64,000 nt of DNA from Bacteroidales bacterium (lineage in GTDB: Bacteria; Bacteroidota; Bacteroidia; Bacteroidales; UBA7960): NCBI GenBank assembly GCA_007125585.1, contig SLCY01000018.1, forward strand, positions 356 to 64,355. Reading direction: 5' to 3'. Below, piece after piece: positions 16,772-29,137 of this stretch. The notes beneath the pieces were generated by a model, which was given only the letters and a program-made list of their open reading frames with translations, made no database searches and was not told where the DNA came from. The translations under genes and the position numbers were made by a program. The stretch's first letter is position 1, and each line of letters begins with the position of its first letter.

Positions 16772-18700
16772 ATGAGAGCAACCGTTCACAAATCCTTTAC
16801 GCTATTTTTCTGTTTCATTCTGTTGCTAACCGTTTTTCACTCCCGGGCAACGACCCATCACCAGGACGGGGATCATGTCCCATCGCTGGCCGACACAGAT
16901 AAACTGTCGGCTTTCATTGACGGGTTAATGGAGGCCTACATGGAGGAGTACAAGGCCGCGGGGGCGGTTGTATGTATCATCGGGGATGGCGAACTGCTTT
17001 ATCAGCAAGGCTATGGCCATGCCGATATCGCAAGAGGCATTCCTGTAGCACCGGAGACTACTTTGTTCCGCATCGGATCGATCTCCAAATTATTTACCTG
17101 GCTGGCTGTTCTGCAACAGGTCGAGATGGGCCGCCTTGATCTGGATGCGGACATCAACAGGTACATAACGGCTTTCACGGTCCCGGACACCTATGAAGAA
17201 CCGGTTACTTTGCGCAGCCTGATGTCGCACACGCCCGGCTTCGAAGACATCTTGCTGCATCTTTTCATGAAAGAAGGGGATCCTATCCCCACCCTGGAGG
17301 AGATTTTCAAAGAGCGGATGCCCAAAAGGATCATGCCGCCGTTGCAGGAGGCCGCTTACAGCAACCATGGCACCGGGCTGGCACAATACCTGGTAGAACA
17401 GGCCAGCGGCATGCCGTTTGAAACCTATGTTGAAGAACACATCTTCGGGCCGTTGGGAATGCATTATTCCACCTTTCGCCAGCCCGTTCCTGACCACCTT
17501 AAACCACATATGTCGGTCGGCTATGCTTACCGCAACGGCAAATTTGAAGAACAACATTTTGAAATTGTACCCATGGCCGGTGCCGGCGGGGCTTCCACCA
17601 CTGCTCCCGACATGGCCATCTTTATGGATGCGCTCCTCAACCATGCAAGCAGCGATACGGTCAGCCTGATGGATTCAGCGACCTATGCCATCATGAAAGA
17701 GCCTGTGCTGGTGCATGCCAGCGGGATGAACCCTGCACTTCACGGTTTTATGGATATCGGACCGGACCACCTGAAGATCATCGGACACGGCGGAAACACC
17801 TTCCTCTTCCATTCACTGCTGGCCCTCTTCCCCGAACACCAGACCGGCTTGTTCATGTCATTCAGCGGTGAAGATGTCAGCATGAACTATTTTCGAATCC
17901 TGGAACATTTTGTCCGGCGATACTTCCCGGTCCACGACCCCCCCAACGCATTCATCGAATTGGATGACGATTACCTGCAAGGCTTTGCCGGACAATACAT
18001 TGCTAACCGACGGCCACATACCGACATTTTGAAGATCATCGGGCTGCTGAACACCATCCAAATCAGCGTTGAAGATGACAAGCTGCTGTACAGGGACTTT
18101 TTCGGGAATGCAGGCATCGTGCAGGCGGTCGACAGCACCACCTTTTATGTGGAAAAAAACAATACGTATATAGGCTTTCACCGGCCACCAGGAGAGAAAG
18201 CGCAAAAACTCTTCATAAGCAACTTCCCCATTATGGCCGCTGACAGAATGACCGGGGTATACCGGGCAGAGCTCCACATGGCCATTTTCATCCTGACAAT
18301 GATATGCATCATCTACATCCTTTTGATATGGCCATGGCTTCATTTTGCAAGGAAACTCTATGAGAAGAAGCCGCGGAAACGTCACCCCCTGCCACTGTTT
18401 TCCAGGACAATAGCCTGGGTGGTGGCTTTGTTCCTACTGGTATTCTATGTTGCACTCTTTTACTCAGCAGGCAGCGGCACCGAGATCGTATATGGGATCC
18501 CCTCCGGCCTTCGTATCGGGCTGTTCTTTCCCATTGCAGCCATTCCCTTTGTCCTGATCATGGTATTTAACAGCATCTATCTTTGGAAAACACCCCTGAT
18601 CAAGAACCTCAGCAGGTTATTCTACAACCTGGCCACGCTGGCTTTCCTTTTGTGCATCTGGCAGCTTCATTTTTTTAACATGTTGGGTTGGAAGTTCTGA
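16772..18700 (+). CDS. Serine hydrolase (class C beta-lactamase/PBP4*-like fold) with a polytopic C-terminal membrane domain
   Basis: SxxK (SISK) and YxN (YSN) motifs are present. The start is moved to the ATG at 16772, which gives a signal peptide (MRATVHKSFTLFFCFILLLTVFHSRA). The last ~170 aa contain four hydrophobic spans. Confidence 0.75.
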   Translation: MRATVHKSFTLFFCFILLLTVFHSRATTHHQDGDHVPSLADTDKLSAFIDGLMEAYMEEYKAAGAVVCIIGDGELLYQQGYGHADIARGIPVAPETTLFRIGSISKLFTWLAVLQQVEMGRLDLDADINRYITAFTVPDTYEEPVTLRSLMSHTPGFEDILLHLFMKEGDPIPTLEEIFKERMPKRIMPPLQEAAYSNHGTGLAQYLVEQASGMPFETYVEEHIFGPLGMHYSTFRQPVPDHLKPHMSVGYAYRNGKFEEQHFEIVPMAGAGGASTTAPDMAIFMDALLNHASSDTVSLMDSATYAIMKEPVLVHASGMNPALHGFMDIGPDHLKIIGHGGNTFLFHSLLALFPEHQTGLFMSFSGEDVSMNYFRILEHFVRRYFPVHDPPNAFIELDDDYLQGFAGQYIANRRPHTDILKIIGLLNTIQISVEDDKLLYRDFFGNAGIVQAVDSTTFYVEKNNTYIGFHRPPGEKAQKLFISNFPIMAADRMTGVYRAELHMAIFILTMICIIYILLIWPWLHFARKLYEKKPRKRHPLPLFSRTIAWVVALFLLVFYVALFYSAGSGTEIVYGIPSGLRIGLFFPIAAIPFVLIMVFNSIYLWKTPLIKNLSRLFYNLATLAFLLCIWQLHFFNMLGWKF

Positions 18701-18741
18701 AAACCAAAGGTCTTATAAAAAAAGCATTATAAACACATGTA

Positions 18742-19377
18742 ATGAAAAAGGCCCTGTTTGCCATACTGTTATTTTTTGCAGTGTTTTCCTGCCGTCAGCC
18801 AGCTGAAGAAAAGCCCTGGCCCGATGACAGGCTGCAGGGTTGGCTGGCATACTACGGGATTACACTTGACGATTTTACTGCTTCTGACAGATATGACAGG
18901 CATTACCGCGTGGAGCAGGAATTTGAATTAACCGAAGATGACCTTCATGCCGGCCTCTATATCTATTCGCAAGATTCAACGCTGGCCATCGACCTCGACA
19001 GTTACCACCTTGTGCTTGAGGAGAAGGAGGACGGACAATTGTATTCGCCCGGCAGGGAGGTGGACATGGAGGTGGGCCTCATCGACCTGGTGCGGGGAAT
19101 TAGAAAGCGCTTGCTTTTCTGCGGCACACCATGCATGTTTGAAGAAGCGACCTTTCATCCCGACGGCCCTGTTGTCGTCGCAGGTTTTGTTGAAAATGAG
19201 AACGGCTTTCATCCGGCAATATGGTCCATCGACCCCGGAGAAGAATCTGTGAAACTGCGCCGGGCCAGCCTTTTGGTCATCCCCGGGGAGATAAAATACA
19301 CATCTGAAATACGCCTCAGCCATATCAGCTTCTGGTTCGATGAAAAAGAACATATCGTGACCGATGTGCCCCTGTGA
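18742..19377 (+). CDS. Hypothetical lipoprotein
   Basis: 211 aa. Signal peptide with lipobox MKKALFAILLFFAVFSC. No family recognised. Confidence 0.55.
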   Translation: MKKALFAILLFFAVFSCRQPAEEKPWPDDRLQGWLAYYGITLDDFTASDRYDRHYRVEQEFELTEDDLHAGLYIYSQDSTLAIDLDSYHLVLEEKEDGQLYSPGREVDMEVGLIDLVRGIRKRLLFCGTPCMFEEATFHPDGPVVVAGFVENENGFHPAIWSIDPGEESVKLRRASLLVIPGEIKYTSEIRLSHISFWFDEKEHIVTDVPL

Positions 19378-19472
19378 TCTGCCGATGCAATTAAGACCCA
19401 TGAAGCCGGTGCCTGGAAAGGACGTAATGCCGAAACATCGAACCGGTTGCCGGGGCTGAACACAAAACCTCC

Positions 19473-19503
19473 TTTCCCGGTCGCTGTACTTTTCTTACCT
19501 TTG
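19473..19503 (+). promoter_or_regulatory. Candidate promoter of the DUF5916 gene
   Basis: TTTC (19473..19476), a 19-nt spacer, then TACCTTTG (19496..19503). It lies 42 nt upstream of the ATG at 19545. Confidence 0.4.
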
Positions 19504-19513
19504 CCCCGACCAA

Positions 19514-19529
19514 TGATTGATTGATTGAT
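19514..19529. repeat. (TGAT)4 tetranucleotide repeat in the 5' leader
   Basis: The sequence reads TGATTGATTGATTGAT directly, 16 nt before the ATG at 19545. Confidence 0.9.
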
Positions 19530-19544
19530 CCCCTGACTGCTTCA

Positions 19545-22025
19545 ATGACATTATCCAGGCATATTTACAGGTTTGCGTTTGCTTCAGCATTATTTCTGGC
19601 CCCTGTTTTAGAAGCTTCCGCCACGGTTGCCGAACGTAAAGAATTGGTAGCCATAAGGACAGACACCCCCCCTGTCATTGATGGCAAGATGCAGGATCCG
19701 GCCTGGCAGGCGGCCAATGTTGCCAGCGGGTTTTACCAGTATGAGCCACACAACGACCGCCCTGCGACATACGATACCAGGGTAAGGGTGCTATATGATG
19801 ACCATGCCGTTTACATTGCCGCAAAGATGATTGATCAACAGCCCGACAGCATATTGCGTGAGCTGGGATTGCGCAACTCAGGCGATGACCTGAACGCCGA
19901 CCGGTTTTTTGTCGACATCAACCCTTTTGATGACGGGATCCACGGTTATCGTTTTCAGGTGTCCGCTTCGGGCGTTCAAACCGATGCCAACATGTCGGGC
20001 GGTGGCCGGCACGGTGACCTTGACTGGGATGCTGTGTGGATCAGTGAGGTGGGCATCACGCCAGACGGCTGGATTGTGGAGATGAAGATCCCCTATTCTT
20101 CCCTGCGTTTCCCGAGGGGAGAGATACAGGAGTGGGGGATCAACTTCTGGCGGGAAATCCGTCGTACACGCGAAACTTCCAGCTGGAACTTCGTAAACCG
20201 CCAGATAGGGGACGTGCTTGCCCAAATGGGCAGCCTCAATGGCATCAACGGGGTAGAACCCCCGCTGAGACTGGCTTTTTATCCATACCTTTCAAATTAT
20301 GTGGAAAAAAATGGTTTTGACCGCGGTTGGGCAAACTCCCTGCACGGTGGCATGGATCTCAAATACGGTATCAGCCCCAGCTTTACCCTGGATATGACCC
20401 TCATCCCGGACTTCGGGCAGGTGCAGTCAGATGCCAAAGTACTCAACCTTACGCCATTTGAGATCAGGTATGATGAGAACAGGCAGTTTTTTACCGAAGG
20501 AACAGAGCTTTTCCAAAAGGCAGATATCTTTTATTCACGACGTATCGGGGAGAGACCCCGGAATTATCATAAAGCCGTTGATCAATTGCGGGAGGATGAA
20601 TGGATAAGGGAAAACCCGCTGGAAACACGCATGATCAATGCCACCAAAATATCCGGACGAACCGCCGGGGGCCTGGGGATGGGCTTCTTCAACGCCATGA
20701 CGGCGGCCGGCAAAGCCATCCTCGAGGATACGCTCACAGGGCTCACCAGGGAAGTAACCACGCAGCCCTTTACCAACTACAACCTCGTGGTCGTTGACCA
20801 GAGCTTGCCCAACAACTCATTCCTCAGCTTCATCAACACCAATGTAACAGGATCTGAAAAAGGATACACCGCCAATGTGACAGGCACCGAATTCCGGCTG
20901 ATGGACCGGAGCAATATGTTCCGCATCAGGGGCTCAGGTGCTGTCAGCCAACAATATTATGCGGATGCAGACAACGGCCTTGGCTATAAATACAACCTGG
21001 AAGCAGGAAAAACAGGGGGCGCCTGGCGATACTACTACACGCGCAATGTCCTCAGCGACACCTACGACCAGAACGACATGGGCTTTCTCAGGCGCAACAA
21101 CCAGGTCAACGACGGCGTTACCCTCAGCCACAACATCTTTGACCCATTCTGGCGTTTCTGGACCCTCATGAACACTTTCTCCTTCACCTATTCAAGGCTT
21201 TATGAACCGGCGACATTCACCAGCATGCAACTGAGTCACCACCTGATGGTGTTGTTTGATACGCGTTTCCACGTCAGTATGCGGACGGCCTATATGCCAA
21301 GGGGTGAACGTGATCATTATGAACCGCGAACCCCTGGAAGGTTTTACAGGACAGAGGAAGCACTGAACATCCACCTGAGGTATTCATCCGATTACCGTAA
21401 AAGGGTTTACCTGGATGGGAGTTTTAACTTTTCCAGGACCCGGTCGGCCGAACAGCAAGACGAATATGGTTTTATGATCAGTCCCACCATCAGGATCAGC
21501 AACCACCTGAACGTGTCTTACGGCTTTGAATACAACGAAAGGGTCAATGACCTGGGCTTTGTATCCCGCCTCCATACCGACTCTGTATATTTTGGCCGCA
21601 GGCAATCACCCACCGTCACAAACACTGTGCAGGCCACCATTGTCTTTACCAATGAACTCTCGCTCAACTTTAACCTCCGGCATTACTGGTCGAGGGTGGA
21701 GTACGACGGGAAATACTATTTCCTCAAGCAGAGCGGCCACCTTGACCCCATTGAACAAAACCTGCAAATCCCTGACATCAATTACAATGCGTTTACCGTT
21801 GATATGCTGCTCACCTGGCATTTTGCCCCGGGGAGCCAGATGACCGTCGCCTGGAAAAATGTCATCGACCACAGGGACAACATCCTGCAACCAGGCTATC
21901 TCGACAACTTACGCGACATGCTGGGTCACCCGCAAATCAACAGTTTGTCACTGAAGGTTTTGTACTATCTTGATTTTCAATCTATCCAAAACCTCAACAG
22001 GCGATTGTTCCATCCACAATCATGA
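19545..22025 (+). CDS. CBM9-like / DUF5916 domain outer-membrane-type protein
   Basis: The start is placed at the signal peptide (MTLSRHIYRFAFASALFLAPVLEASA). The N-terminus has a DGKMQDPAW...YDDHAVYIAAKM block typical of carbohydrate-binding family 9-like domains. A long beta-rich C-terminal part follows. Confidence 0.7.
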   Translation: MTLSRHIYRFAFASALFLAPVLEASATVAERKELVAIRTDTPPVIDGKMQDPAWQAANVASGFYQYEPHNDRPATYDTRVRVLYDDHAVYIAAKMIDQQPDSILRELGLRNSGDDLNADRFFVDINPFDDGIHGYRFQVSASGVQTDANMSGGGRHGDLDWDAVWISEVGITPDGWIVEMKIPYSSLRFPRGEIQEWGINFWREIRRTRETSSWNFVNRQIGDVLAQMGSLNGINGVEPPLRLAFYPYLSNYVEKNGFDRGWANSLHGGMDLKYGISPSFTLDMTLIPDFGQVQSDAKVLNLTPFEIRYDENRQFFTEGTELFQKADIFYSRRIGERPRNYHKAVDQLREDEWIRENPLETRMINATKISGRTAGGLGMGFFNAMTAAGKAILEDTLTGLTREVTTQPFTNYNLVVVDQSLPNNSFLSFINTNVTGSEKGYTANVTGTEFRLMDRSNMFRIRGSGAVSQQYYADADNGLGYKYNLEAGKTGGAWRYYYTRNVLSDTYDQNDMGFLRRNNQVNDGVTLSHNIFDPFWRFWTLMNTFSFTYSRLYEPATFTSMQLSHHLMVLFDTRFHVSMRTAYMPRGERDHYEPRTPGRFYRTEEALNIHLRYSSDYRKRVYLDGSFNFSRTRSAEQQDEYGFMISPTIRISNHLNVSYGFEYNERVNDLGFVSRLHTDSVYFGRRQSPTVTNTVQATIVFTNELSLNFNLRHYWSRVEYDGKYYFLKQSGHLDPIEQNLQIPDINYNAFTVDMLLTWHFAPGSQMTVAWKNVIDHRDNILQPGYLDNLRDMLGHPQINSLSLKVLYYLDFQSIQNLNRRLFHPQS

Positions 22026-22204
22026 CCGGGTAACCAGGCAAGAAACGATCCGTCGGTGCCAGGCAAACACCGGCATCAGTCCGGAAAAACCTGTTATCAC
22101 GGACATTGCCCCGAGAAATGGTTCGCGCCATCCATTTCCTGCAGCTGTGGATTGTATCCACGGAAGCAGCCACCTTGTCAGCCAGCAATATATTTCCAAA
22201 AAAC

Positions 22205-22235
22205 TTTGTAATAAATAAAAACCTTCGTACTTTTG
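22205..22235 (+). promoter_or_regulatory. rpsO promoter (Bacteroidota sigma-A type)
   Basis: TTTG (22205..22208), a 19-nt spacer, then TACTTTTG (22228..22235). It lies 51 nt upstream of the rpsO ATG. Confidence 0.55.
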
Positions 22236-22286
22236 CAGGCCTGTAAAATGAATAAATGACCACGCAAGAAATAAACCGATAAAAAC

Positions 22287-22556
22287 ATGTACCTAAGTCC
22301 GGAAATCAAGAAGAATATTTTCAAAGAGCATGGCAGCAGCGATACCGACACCGGATCGCCGGAAAGTCAGATCGCATTGTTCACACACCGTATCGGCCAT
22401 CTGACGAACCACCTGAAAAACAACAAAAAAGATCTGAACACCCGGCGTTCGCTGGTTTTGTTGGTAAATAAAAGGAGAAAGCTTCTTAACTATTTAAAAG
22501 ACAATGATATTGAACGTTACAGGGCAATCATCAAGAAGCTGAAACTAAGAAAATAA
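22287..22556 (+). CDS. rpsO: 30S ribosomal protein S15
   Basis: 89 aa. Contains GSPESQIALFT...HLKNNKKDLNTRRSLVLLVNKRRKLLNYL, the canonical S15 sequence. Confidence 0.95.
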   Translation: MYLSPEIKKNIFKEHGSSDTDTGSPESQIALFTHRIGHLTNHLKNNKKDLNTRRSLVLLVNKRRKLLNYLKDNDIERYRAIIKKLKLRK

Positions 22557-22572
22557 GCACAACCAGATAAAA

Positions 22573-22606
22573 ACAGGCAATTAACGAATGATTGCCTGTT
22601 TTTTTA
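22573..22606 (+). terminator. Rho-independent terminator/attenuator between rpsO and pnp
   Basis: ACAGGCAAT-taacgaatg-ATTGCCTGT forms a perfect 9-bp stem, followed by TTTTTTT. Confidence 0.75.
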
Positions 22607-22655
22607 TCTATACATGCAAACATTTGACATATTTAAAGAAGAAAGAAAAATTGAG

Positions 22656-24803
22656 ATGAGTAAACAAACAGGAATTCAGAAGACGATTGATCTGGGTGAT
22701 GGAAAGACGATCACCCTGGAAACAGGCAAGCTGGCAAAGCAGGCCGACGGATCCGTTGTTGTCCGCATGGGCGACACCATGTTATTGGCCACGGTGGTGG
22801 CAAGATCGGAAGTAAAGGAGGGGCAGTCGTTCCTGCCTCTTTCTGTAGACTACCAGGAAAAATATGCGGCTGCCGGGCGTTTCCCGGGAGGCTTTTTCAA
22901 GCGGGAAGCACGGCCGTCAGAACATGAAATATTGATCTCACGATTGGTTGACAGGGCACTGCGACCCATGTTCCCTGATTTTTACCAGGCTGAGACCCAG
23001 GTGCTGATATCCCTGATATCGGCCGGGAAAGACACCCTCCCGGATGCATTGGCAGGGCTGGCAGCATCAACAGCACTCACCGTATCTGACATCCCCTTTA
23101 ACGGGCCAATCTCAGAGGTAAGGATAGCCCGGATTGACGGGAGATTTTCGGTGAACCCGGGCATGAAAGAATTGGAAGCAGCCGACATTGACCTTATCGT
23201 TGCCGGGACCCTCGATAACATTGTCATGGTGGAAGGCGAAATGAGAGAGGTGTCTGAAGCCGAACTGCTCGAGGCCATCAAAGAAGCCCATGTGGCAATT
23301 AAGGTTCAGTGCCAGACCCAGCTGGACCTGGCGGGAGAGGTGCAAAAATCAAAGACCAAAAGGGAATACCCGCCCCAGGCTGCCGACGAGGACCTTCTGG
23401 CAGAGATGAACAAGGCCCTTTACAGTAAGCTGTATGATGTGGCAAGCCAGTGCATCAATGACAAGCATGAGCGCCGGGAAGCATTTGACAGCATTTATGC
23501 AGAATATCAGGAAACCCTCACTGAAGAAGAGCTGGAAGAAAAAGGAGAACTGGTCAAAACTTATTTTGGGGAGATCCAGAAAAAGGCCATCCGGAACTTT
23601 GTGCTGGACAAGAAAAAACGTCTTGACGGACGTAAGCCGGACGAGATCCGCGACATCTGGTCGGAGGTTGATTACCTGCCTGCCGCCCACGGATCGGCCA
23701 TCTTCACCAGGGGCGAAACCCAGTCGCTGACCACCGTGACACTGGGTACAAAGCTTGATGAGCAAACCATTGATGGTGCGGTGATCGAGGGCAAAAGCAA
23801 GTTTTTGCTGCATTACAACTTCCCCCCATTCTCTACCGGCGAGGTGAAGATGATGCGCTTCACCAGCCGCCGCGAGATCGGCCACGGTAACCTGGCCATG
23901 CGCGCACTGAAGCCCTTGCTGCCCAATGGGAACGACAATCCATATACCATCCGTATCGTATCCGACATCCTGGAATCCAACGGATCATCCTCCATGGCCA
24001 CCGTTTGCGCAGGAAGCATGGCCCTGATGGATGCAGGGGTCAAAATATCCAAACCGGTTTCCGGCATCGCCATGGGTATGATCGCCGACACTGAAACTGG
24101 AAAATACGCTGTACTGTCAGATATCCTGGGCGATGAGGACCACCTTGGCGACATGGACTTCAAGGTAACCGGGACCGCTGATGGGATCACAGCATGCCAG
24201 ATGGACATCAAGATCGAAGGGTTGCGCCATGAACTGCTCGAAGAAGCCCTTGACCAGGCCCGGAAAGGCAGGATCCATATTCTGAAGGAAATGGAAAAAA
24301 CCATCTCCAGTCCCAGGGAAGACTATAAACCCCACGTACCCCGCATCATCAAGATGACCGTACCCAAGGAGTTTATCGGTGCCATCATCGGCCCTGGCGG
24401 AAAAGTGGTACAGGAACTGCAGAAAGAAAGCGGGGCAACCATCGTTATCGAAGAAGTGGGCGACTATGGCGTGGTGGACATCGTTTCAGAAGACAAGGCC
24501 TCCATCGATTACGTGGTAGATCGCATCAAAGGCATTATTGCCGTCCCCGAGATCGGACAAGTATATCAGGGCAAGATCAAAAGCATCGTGCCATTCGGCA
24601 TGTTCGTGGAAATACTGCCGGGGAAAGAAGGGTTGTTGCACATCAGTGAAATTGAATGGAGAAGGCTCGAGAAAGTTGAAGACAGCGGCTTTTCAGTGGG
24701 CGATGATATAGAGGTCAAACTGCTCGACCTGGACAAAAAGACCGGGAAGCTGAAACTTTCCCGGAAAGCATTGCTCCCGAGAGATCATAAGCCCCGGCAC
24801 TAA
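22656..24803 (+). CDS. pnp: Polyribonucleotide nucleotidyltransferase (PNPase)
   Basis: Two RNase PH domains ([13 protein letters not shown]), a KH domain ([15 protein letters not shown]) and an S1 domain ([30 protein letters not shown]). The start is placed at the ATG at 22656, after an A-rich leader. Confidence 0.95.
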   Translation: MSKQTGIQKTIDLGDGKTITLETGKLAKQADGSVVVRMGDTMLLATVVARSEVKEGQSFLPLSVDYQEKYAAAGRFPGGFFKREARPSEHEILISRLVDRALRPMFPDFYQAETQVLISLISAGKDTLPDALAGLAASTALTVSDIPFNGPISEVRIARIDGRFSVNPGMKELEAADIDLIVAGTLDNIVMVEGEMREVSEAELLEAIKEAHVAIKVQCQTQLDLAGEVQKSKTKREYPPQAADEDLLAEMNKALYSKLYDVASQCINDKHERREAFDSIYAEYQETLTEEELEEKGELVKTYFGEIQKKAIRNFVLDKKKRLDGRKPDEIRDIWSEVDYLPAAHGSAIFTRGETQSLTTVTLGTKLDEQTIDGAVIEGKSKFLLHYNFPPFSTGEVKMMRFTSRREIGHGNLAMRALKPLLPNGNDNPYTIRIVSDILESNGSSSMATVCAGSMALMDAGVKISKPVSGIAMGMIADTETGKYAVLSDILGDEDHLGDMDFKVTGTADGITACQMDIKIEGLRHELLEEALDQARKGRIHILKEMEKTISSPREDYKPHVPRIIKMTVPKEFIGAIIGPGGKVVQELQKESGATIVIEEVGDYGVVDIVSEDKASIDYVVDRIKGIIAVPEIGQVYQGKIKSIVPFGMFVEILPGKEGLLHISEIEWRRLEKVEDSGFSVGDDIEVKLLDLDKKTGKLKLSRKALLPRDHKPRH

Positions 24804-24886
24804 AGGGCCAGGCGGAACCTCTATGCCTGTTTTTGCGTATTACGTAACATGGGAAACTATACAATGATCCTGTCAAGCGCAGGTCT

Positions 24887-25753
24887 ATGAGACAACTCAA
24901 AATCATCAAACAGGTTACCAACAGGGATACGGCATCACTGGATAAGTATTTGCAGGAAATAGCAAAAGTGGGCCTTATCTCCGCTGAAGAGGAAGTCCGG
25001 CTTGCACAGCGAATAAAAAAGGGGGACAAGGTCGCCCTGGAAAAGCTGTGCAAAGCCAACCTCCGTTTTGTTGTCTCCGTTTCCAAACAATACCAGAACC
25101 AGGGACTCAGCCTGCCCGACCTGATCAACGAAGGCAACCTCGGACTGATGAAAGCCGCTGAGCGCTTCGATGAAACCAAGGGGTTTAAGTTTATCTCCTA
25201 TGCCGTATGGTGGATCAGACAATCGATCCTGCAGGCCCTGGCCGAGCAGGCCCGCATTGTAAGGCTTCCCCTGAACAAGATCGGGACGATCAACAAGGTG
25301 AACAAAGCCTACAGTCAACTGGAGCAAAAGCATGAGAGAGAACCCAACCCGGAAGAGATCGCCGAGATGCTGGACCTCACCCCGGAGGAGGTAAAGGATG
25401 CACTTAAACAAAGCGGCAGGCATTTGTCGATGGATGCACCCTTGCTCGAAGGAGACGAATCAAACATGTATGAGGTCCTTTACAATGAAGATGACAGCAA
25501 CACCCCCGAATACAGCCTTTTGTATGATTCGCTGAAAAACGAGATCGAACGTACCATCGCTACACTTCCGCAAAGGGAGGCAGAGGTCATCCGCCACTAT
25601 TTCGGCTTGACTGGCCTCTCACCGCACACCCTTGAAGAGATCGGTGAGAAACTCAACCTTACAAGGGAAAGGGCGCGTCAGATCAAAGAACGGGCATTGC
25701 GCCACCTGAAGCAAGCATCCAAATGCAAAATTCTTAAAACATACCTGGGCTGA
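24887..25753 (+). CDS. rpoD: RNA polymerase primary-type sigma-70 factor (copy 1)
   Basis: 288 aa. Region 2 ([31 protein letters not shown]) and region 4.2 ([24 protein letters not shown]). It has no region 1.1, as in Bacteroidota sigma-A. Confidence 0.9.
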   Translation: MRQLKIIKQVTNRDTASLDKYLQEIAKVGLISAEEEVRLAQRIKKGDKVALEKLCKANLRFVVSVSKQYQNQGLSLPDLINEGNLGLMKAAERFDETKGFKFISYAVWWIRQSILQALAEQARIVRLPLNKIGTINKVNKAYSQLEQKHEREPNPEEIAEMLDLTPEEVKDALKQSGRHLSMDAPLLEGDESNMYEVLYNEDDSNTPEYSLLYDSLKNEIERTIATLPQREAEVIRHYFGLTGLSPHTLEEIGEKLNLTRERARQIKERALRHLKQASKCKILKTYLG

Positions 25754-25789
25754 CCCGCCAACTCACTGCACGATCATAACCGCAACAAT

Positions 25790-26440
25790 ATGCAACACCT
25801 TGTCGCCCCTTCACTGCTTGCAGCAAATTTCCTCCACCTGGAGGAAGAGATACGCATCGTCAACAGGAGCGAAGCAGACCTTTTCCACGTCGATGTGATG
25901 GACGGACATTTCGTCCCCAATATTTCCTTTGGCTTTTCCATCATTAAACAAATCAAATCGGTTGCCCAAAAGCCTCTGGATGTGCATTTAATGATCAGCC
26001 AACCGGACCATTACCTGGAAGATTTTAAAAATGCAGGTGCCGATTGGCTGAGCGTTCATTATGAAACCTGTCCGCACCTTCACAGGAGCATTCAGCGCAT
26101 AAAGGAACTGGGCATGAAGGCCGGCGTGGTGATTAACCCACACAACAATGTGGAACTGCTCAAAGGGATCCTCCCCGATGTTGATTTTGTTCTGCTCATG
26201 TCGGTCAATCCCGGATTTGGGGGACAGCACTTTATTGATGCCACATATGACCGCATAGACAAACTGAACAGCATGAAACAGGACCTGAACCCAGGCCTGC
26301 TCATAGAAGTGGATGGCGGCGTGAATGTACAAAATGCCGAAGCCCTTGCAAAGGCTGGCGCAAACATCCTGGTGGCAGGAAGCGCGGTATTTCAGTCGGA
26401 AGACCCCGTGGCGACTATCGCCAGACTGAAACATCCGTGA
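25790..26440 (+). CDS. rpe: Ribulose-phosphate 3-epimerase
   Basis: 216 aa. Motifs PSLLAANF, HVDVMDGHFVPN, VNPGFGGQ and VDGGV. Confidence 0.9.
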   Translation: MQHLVAPSLLAANFLHLEEEIRIVNRSEADLFHVDVMDGHFVPNISFGFSIIKQIKSVAQKPLDVHLMISQPDHYLEDFKNAGADWLSVHYETCPHLHRSIQRIKELGMKAGVVINPHNNVELLKGILPDVDFVLLMSVNPGFGGQHFIDATYDRIDKLNSMKQDLNPGLLIEVDGGVNVQNAEALAKAGANILVAGSAVFQSEDPVATIARLKHP

Positions 26441-26715
26441 TGACAGGCCACAAATGCAGCCTTTCCATGCTGCAACCATGACTTTTCAAAAACCTTCTCT
26501 CCAGAAAAGATCTGTACAAACGCGCAAATCCTCAAGCAATTTTTTGTTTAATTTTTTTGTTTGTTTTTTAAACAAAACGGTTTCTGCTTTGTTTATACAA
26601 TTGAAAACGGAGCCTGATCAATCATCTTTTGCTGACAAAAGAAGCATTTAATGCCGATTGGGTGATTCAAGCAAACAATAAATTAAGCAAGGTGAAACAT
26701 AAAACCCAAAAAATC

Positions 26716-27003
26716 ATGAAAAAGAAACTTTTTGCATTAACATTGATGGCAGGTATAAGCGCAGTGGCATTAACAGCTAACACCTACAGCGGAAGCATGC
26801 TGGTATTTGAAACAATCGATGGGAAAATCATAGAAATGGAAATGGCAAGGGAACCGGTCGTGGTTGATGATATTCCCACGGATATCCGTCCGATGGTTTC
26901 AAAAGGGGCGGCAGACATTGAAAACCATGCATACTTCCAGGCACTGGTAAAAAAGATCCAAAAGCCTGAAGAAGCAGAGGCGTTGCCCTTTGCATTGGAT
27001 TGA
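26716..27003 (+). CDS. Small secreted hypothetical protein
   Basis: The internal ATG at 26716 gives 95 aa with a signal peptide (MKKKLFALTLMAGISAVALTA). A strong terminator follows. No family recognised. Confidence 0.5.
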   Translation: MKKKLFALTLMAGISAVALTANTYSGSMLVFETIDGKIIEMEMAREPVVVDDIPTDIRPMVSKGAADIENHAYFQALVKKIQKPEEAEALPFALD

Positions 27004-27025
27004 TCTTTGCTTTATCTTGTAAGGA

Positions 27026-27074
27026 AGGCCATGATCGGGACAGTTTGAAAACCCGGTCCTGGCCTTTTTTATTT
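27026..27074 (+). terminator. Rho-independent terminator
   Basis: AGGCCATGATCGGG ... CCCGGTCCTGGCCT forms a 14-position stem with one mismatch and one G-U pair, followed by TTTTTTATTT. Confidence 0.7.
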
Positions 27075-27255
27075 CGGGTCAGGTATTCATACTTTTTGTA
27101 TTTTTACTTTTCATTGAACGGTCACCGGCAGCAACGGTGGCTCCGTCCGGTTATTATTTCGCATCGGCACAAACCATTCATCACAAATACCATCAAGATG
27201 CCACCTAAAGACAAAACACCGCCCGGAGAAACCGGTCCGGAGGCCCGACAAATGA

Positions 27256-28995
<1,740 letters not shown>

Positions 28996-29102
28996 CAGCA
29001 AAGGATCTGTATGCGGCCGGCAGCGGATCACTACAGATTGTGCGCGCATTAAAAAACCTTCATTTAACCATCGCAGTGCACAGCCAGTTCAATCATTTCA
29101 AT

Positions 29103-29110
29103 TATCTTTG
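29103..29110 (+). promoter_or_regulatory. Candidate -7 box (TATCTTTG) for yidC
   Basis: Exact TAnnTTTG match, 28 nt upstream of the ATG at 29138. Confidence 0.4.
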
Positions 29111-29137
29111 CACTCGAAATAAACATCGTTTTACCGG

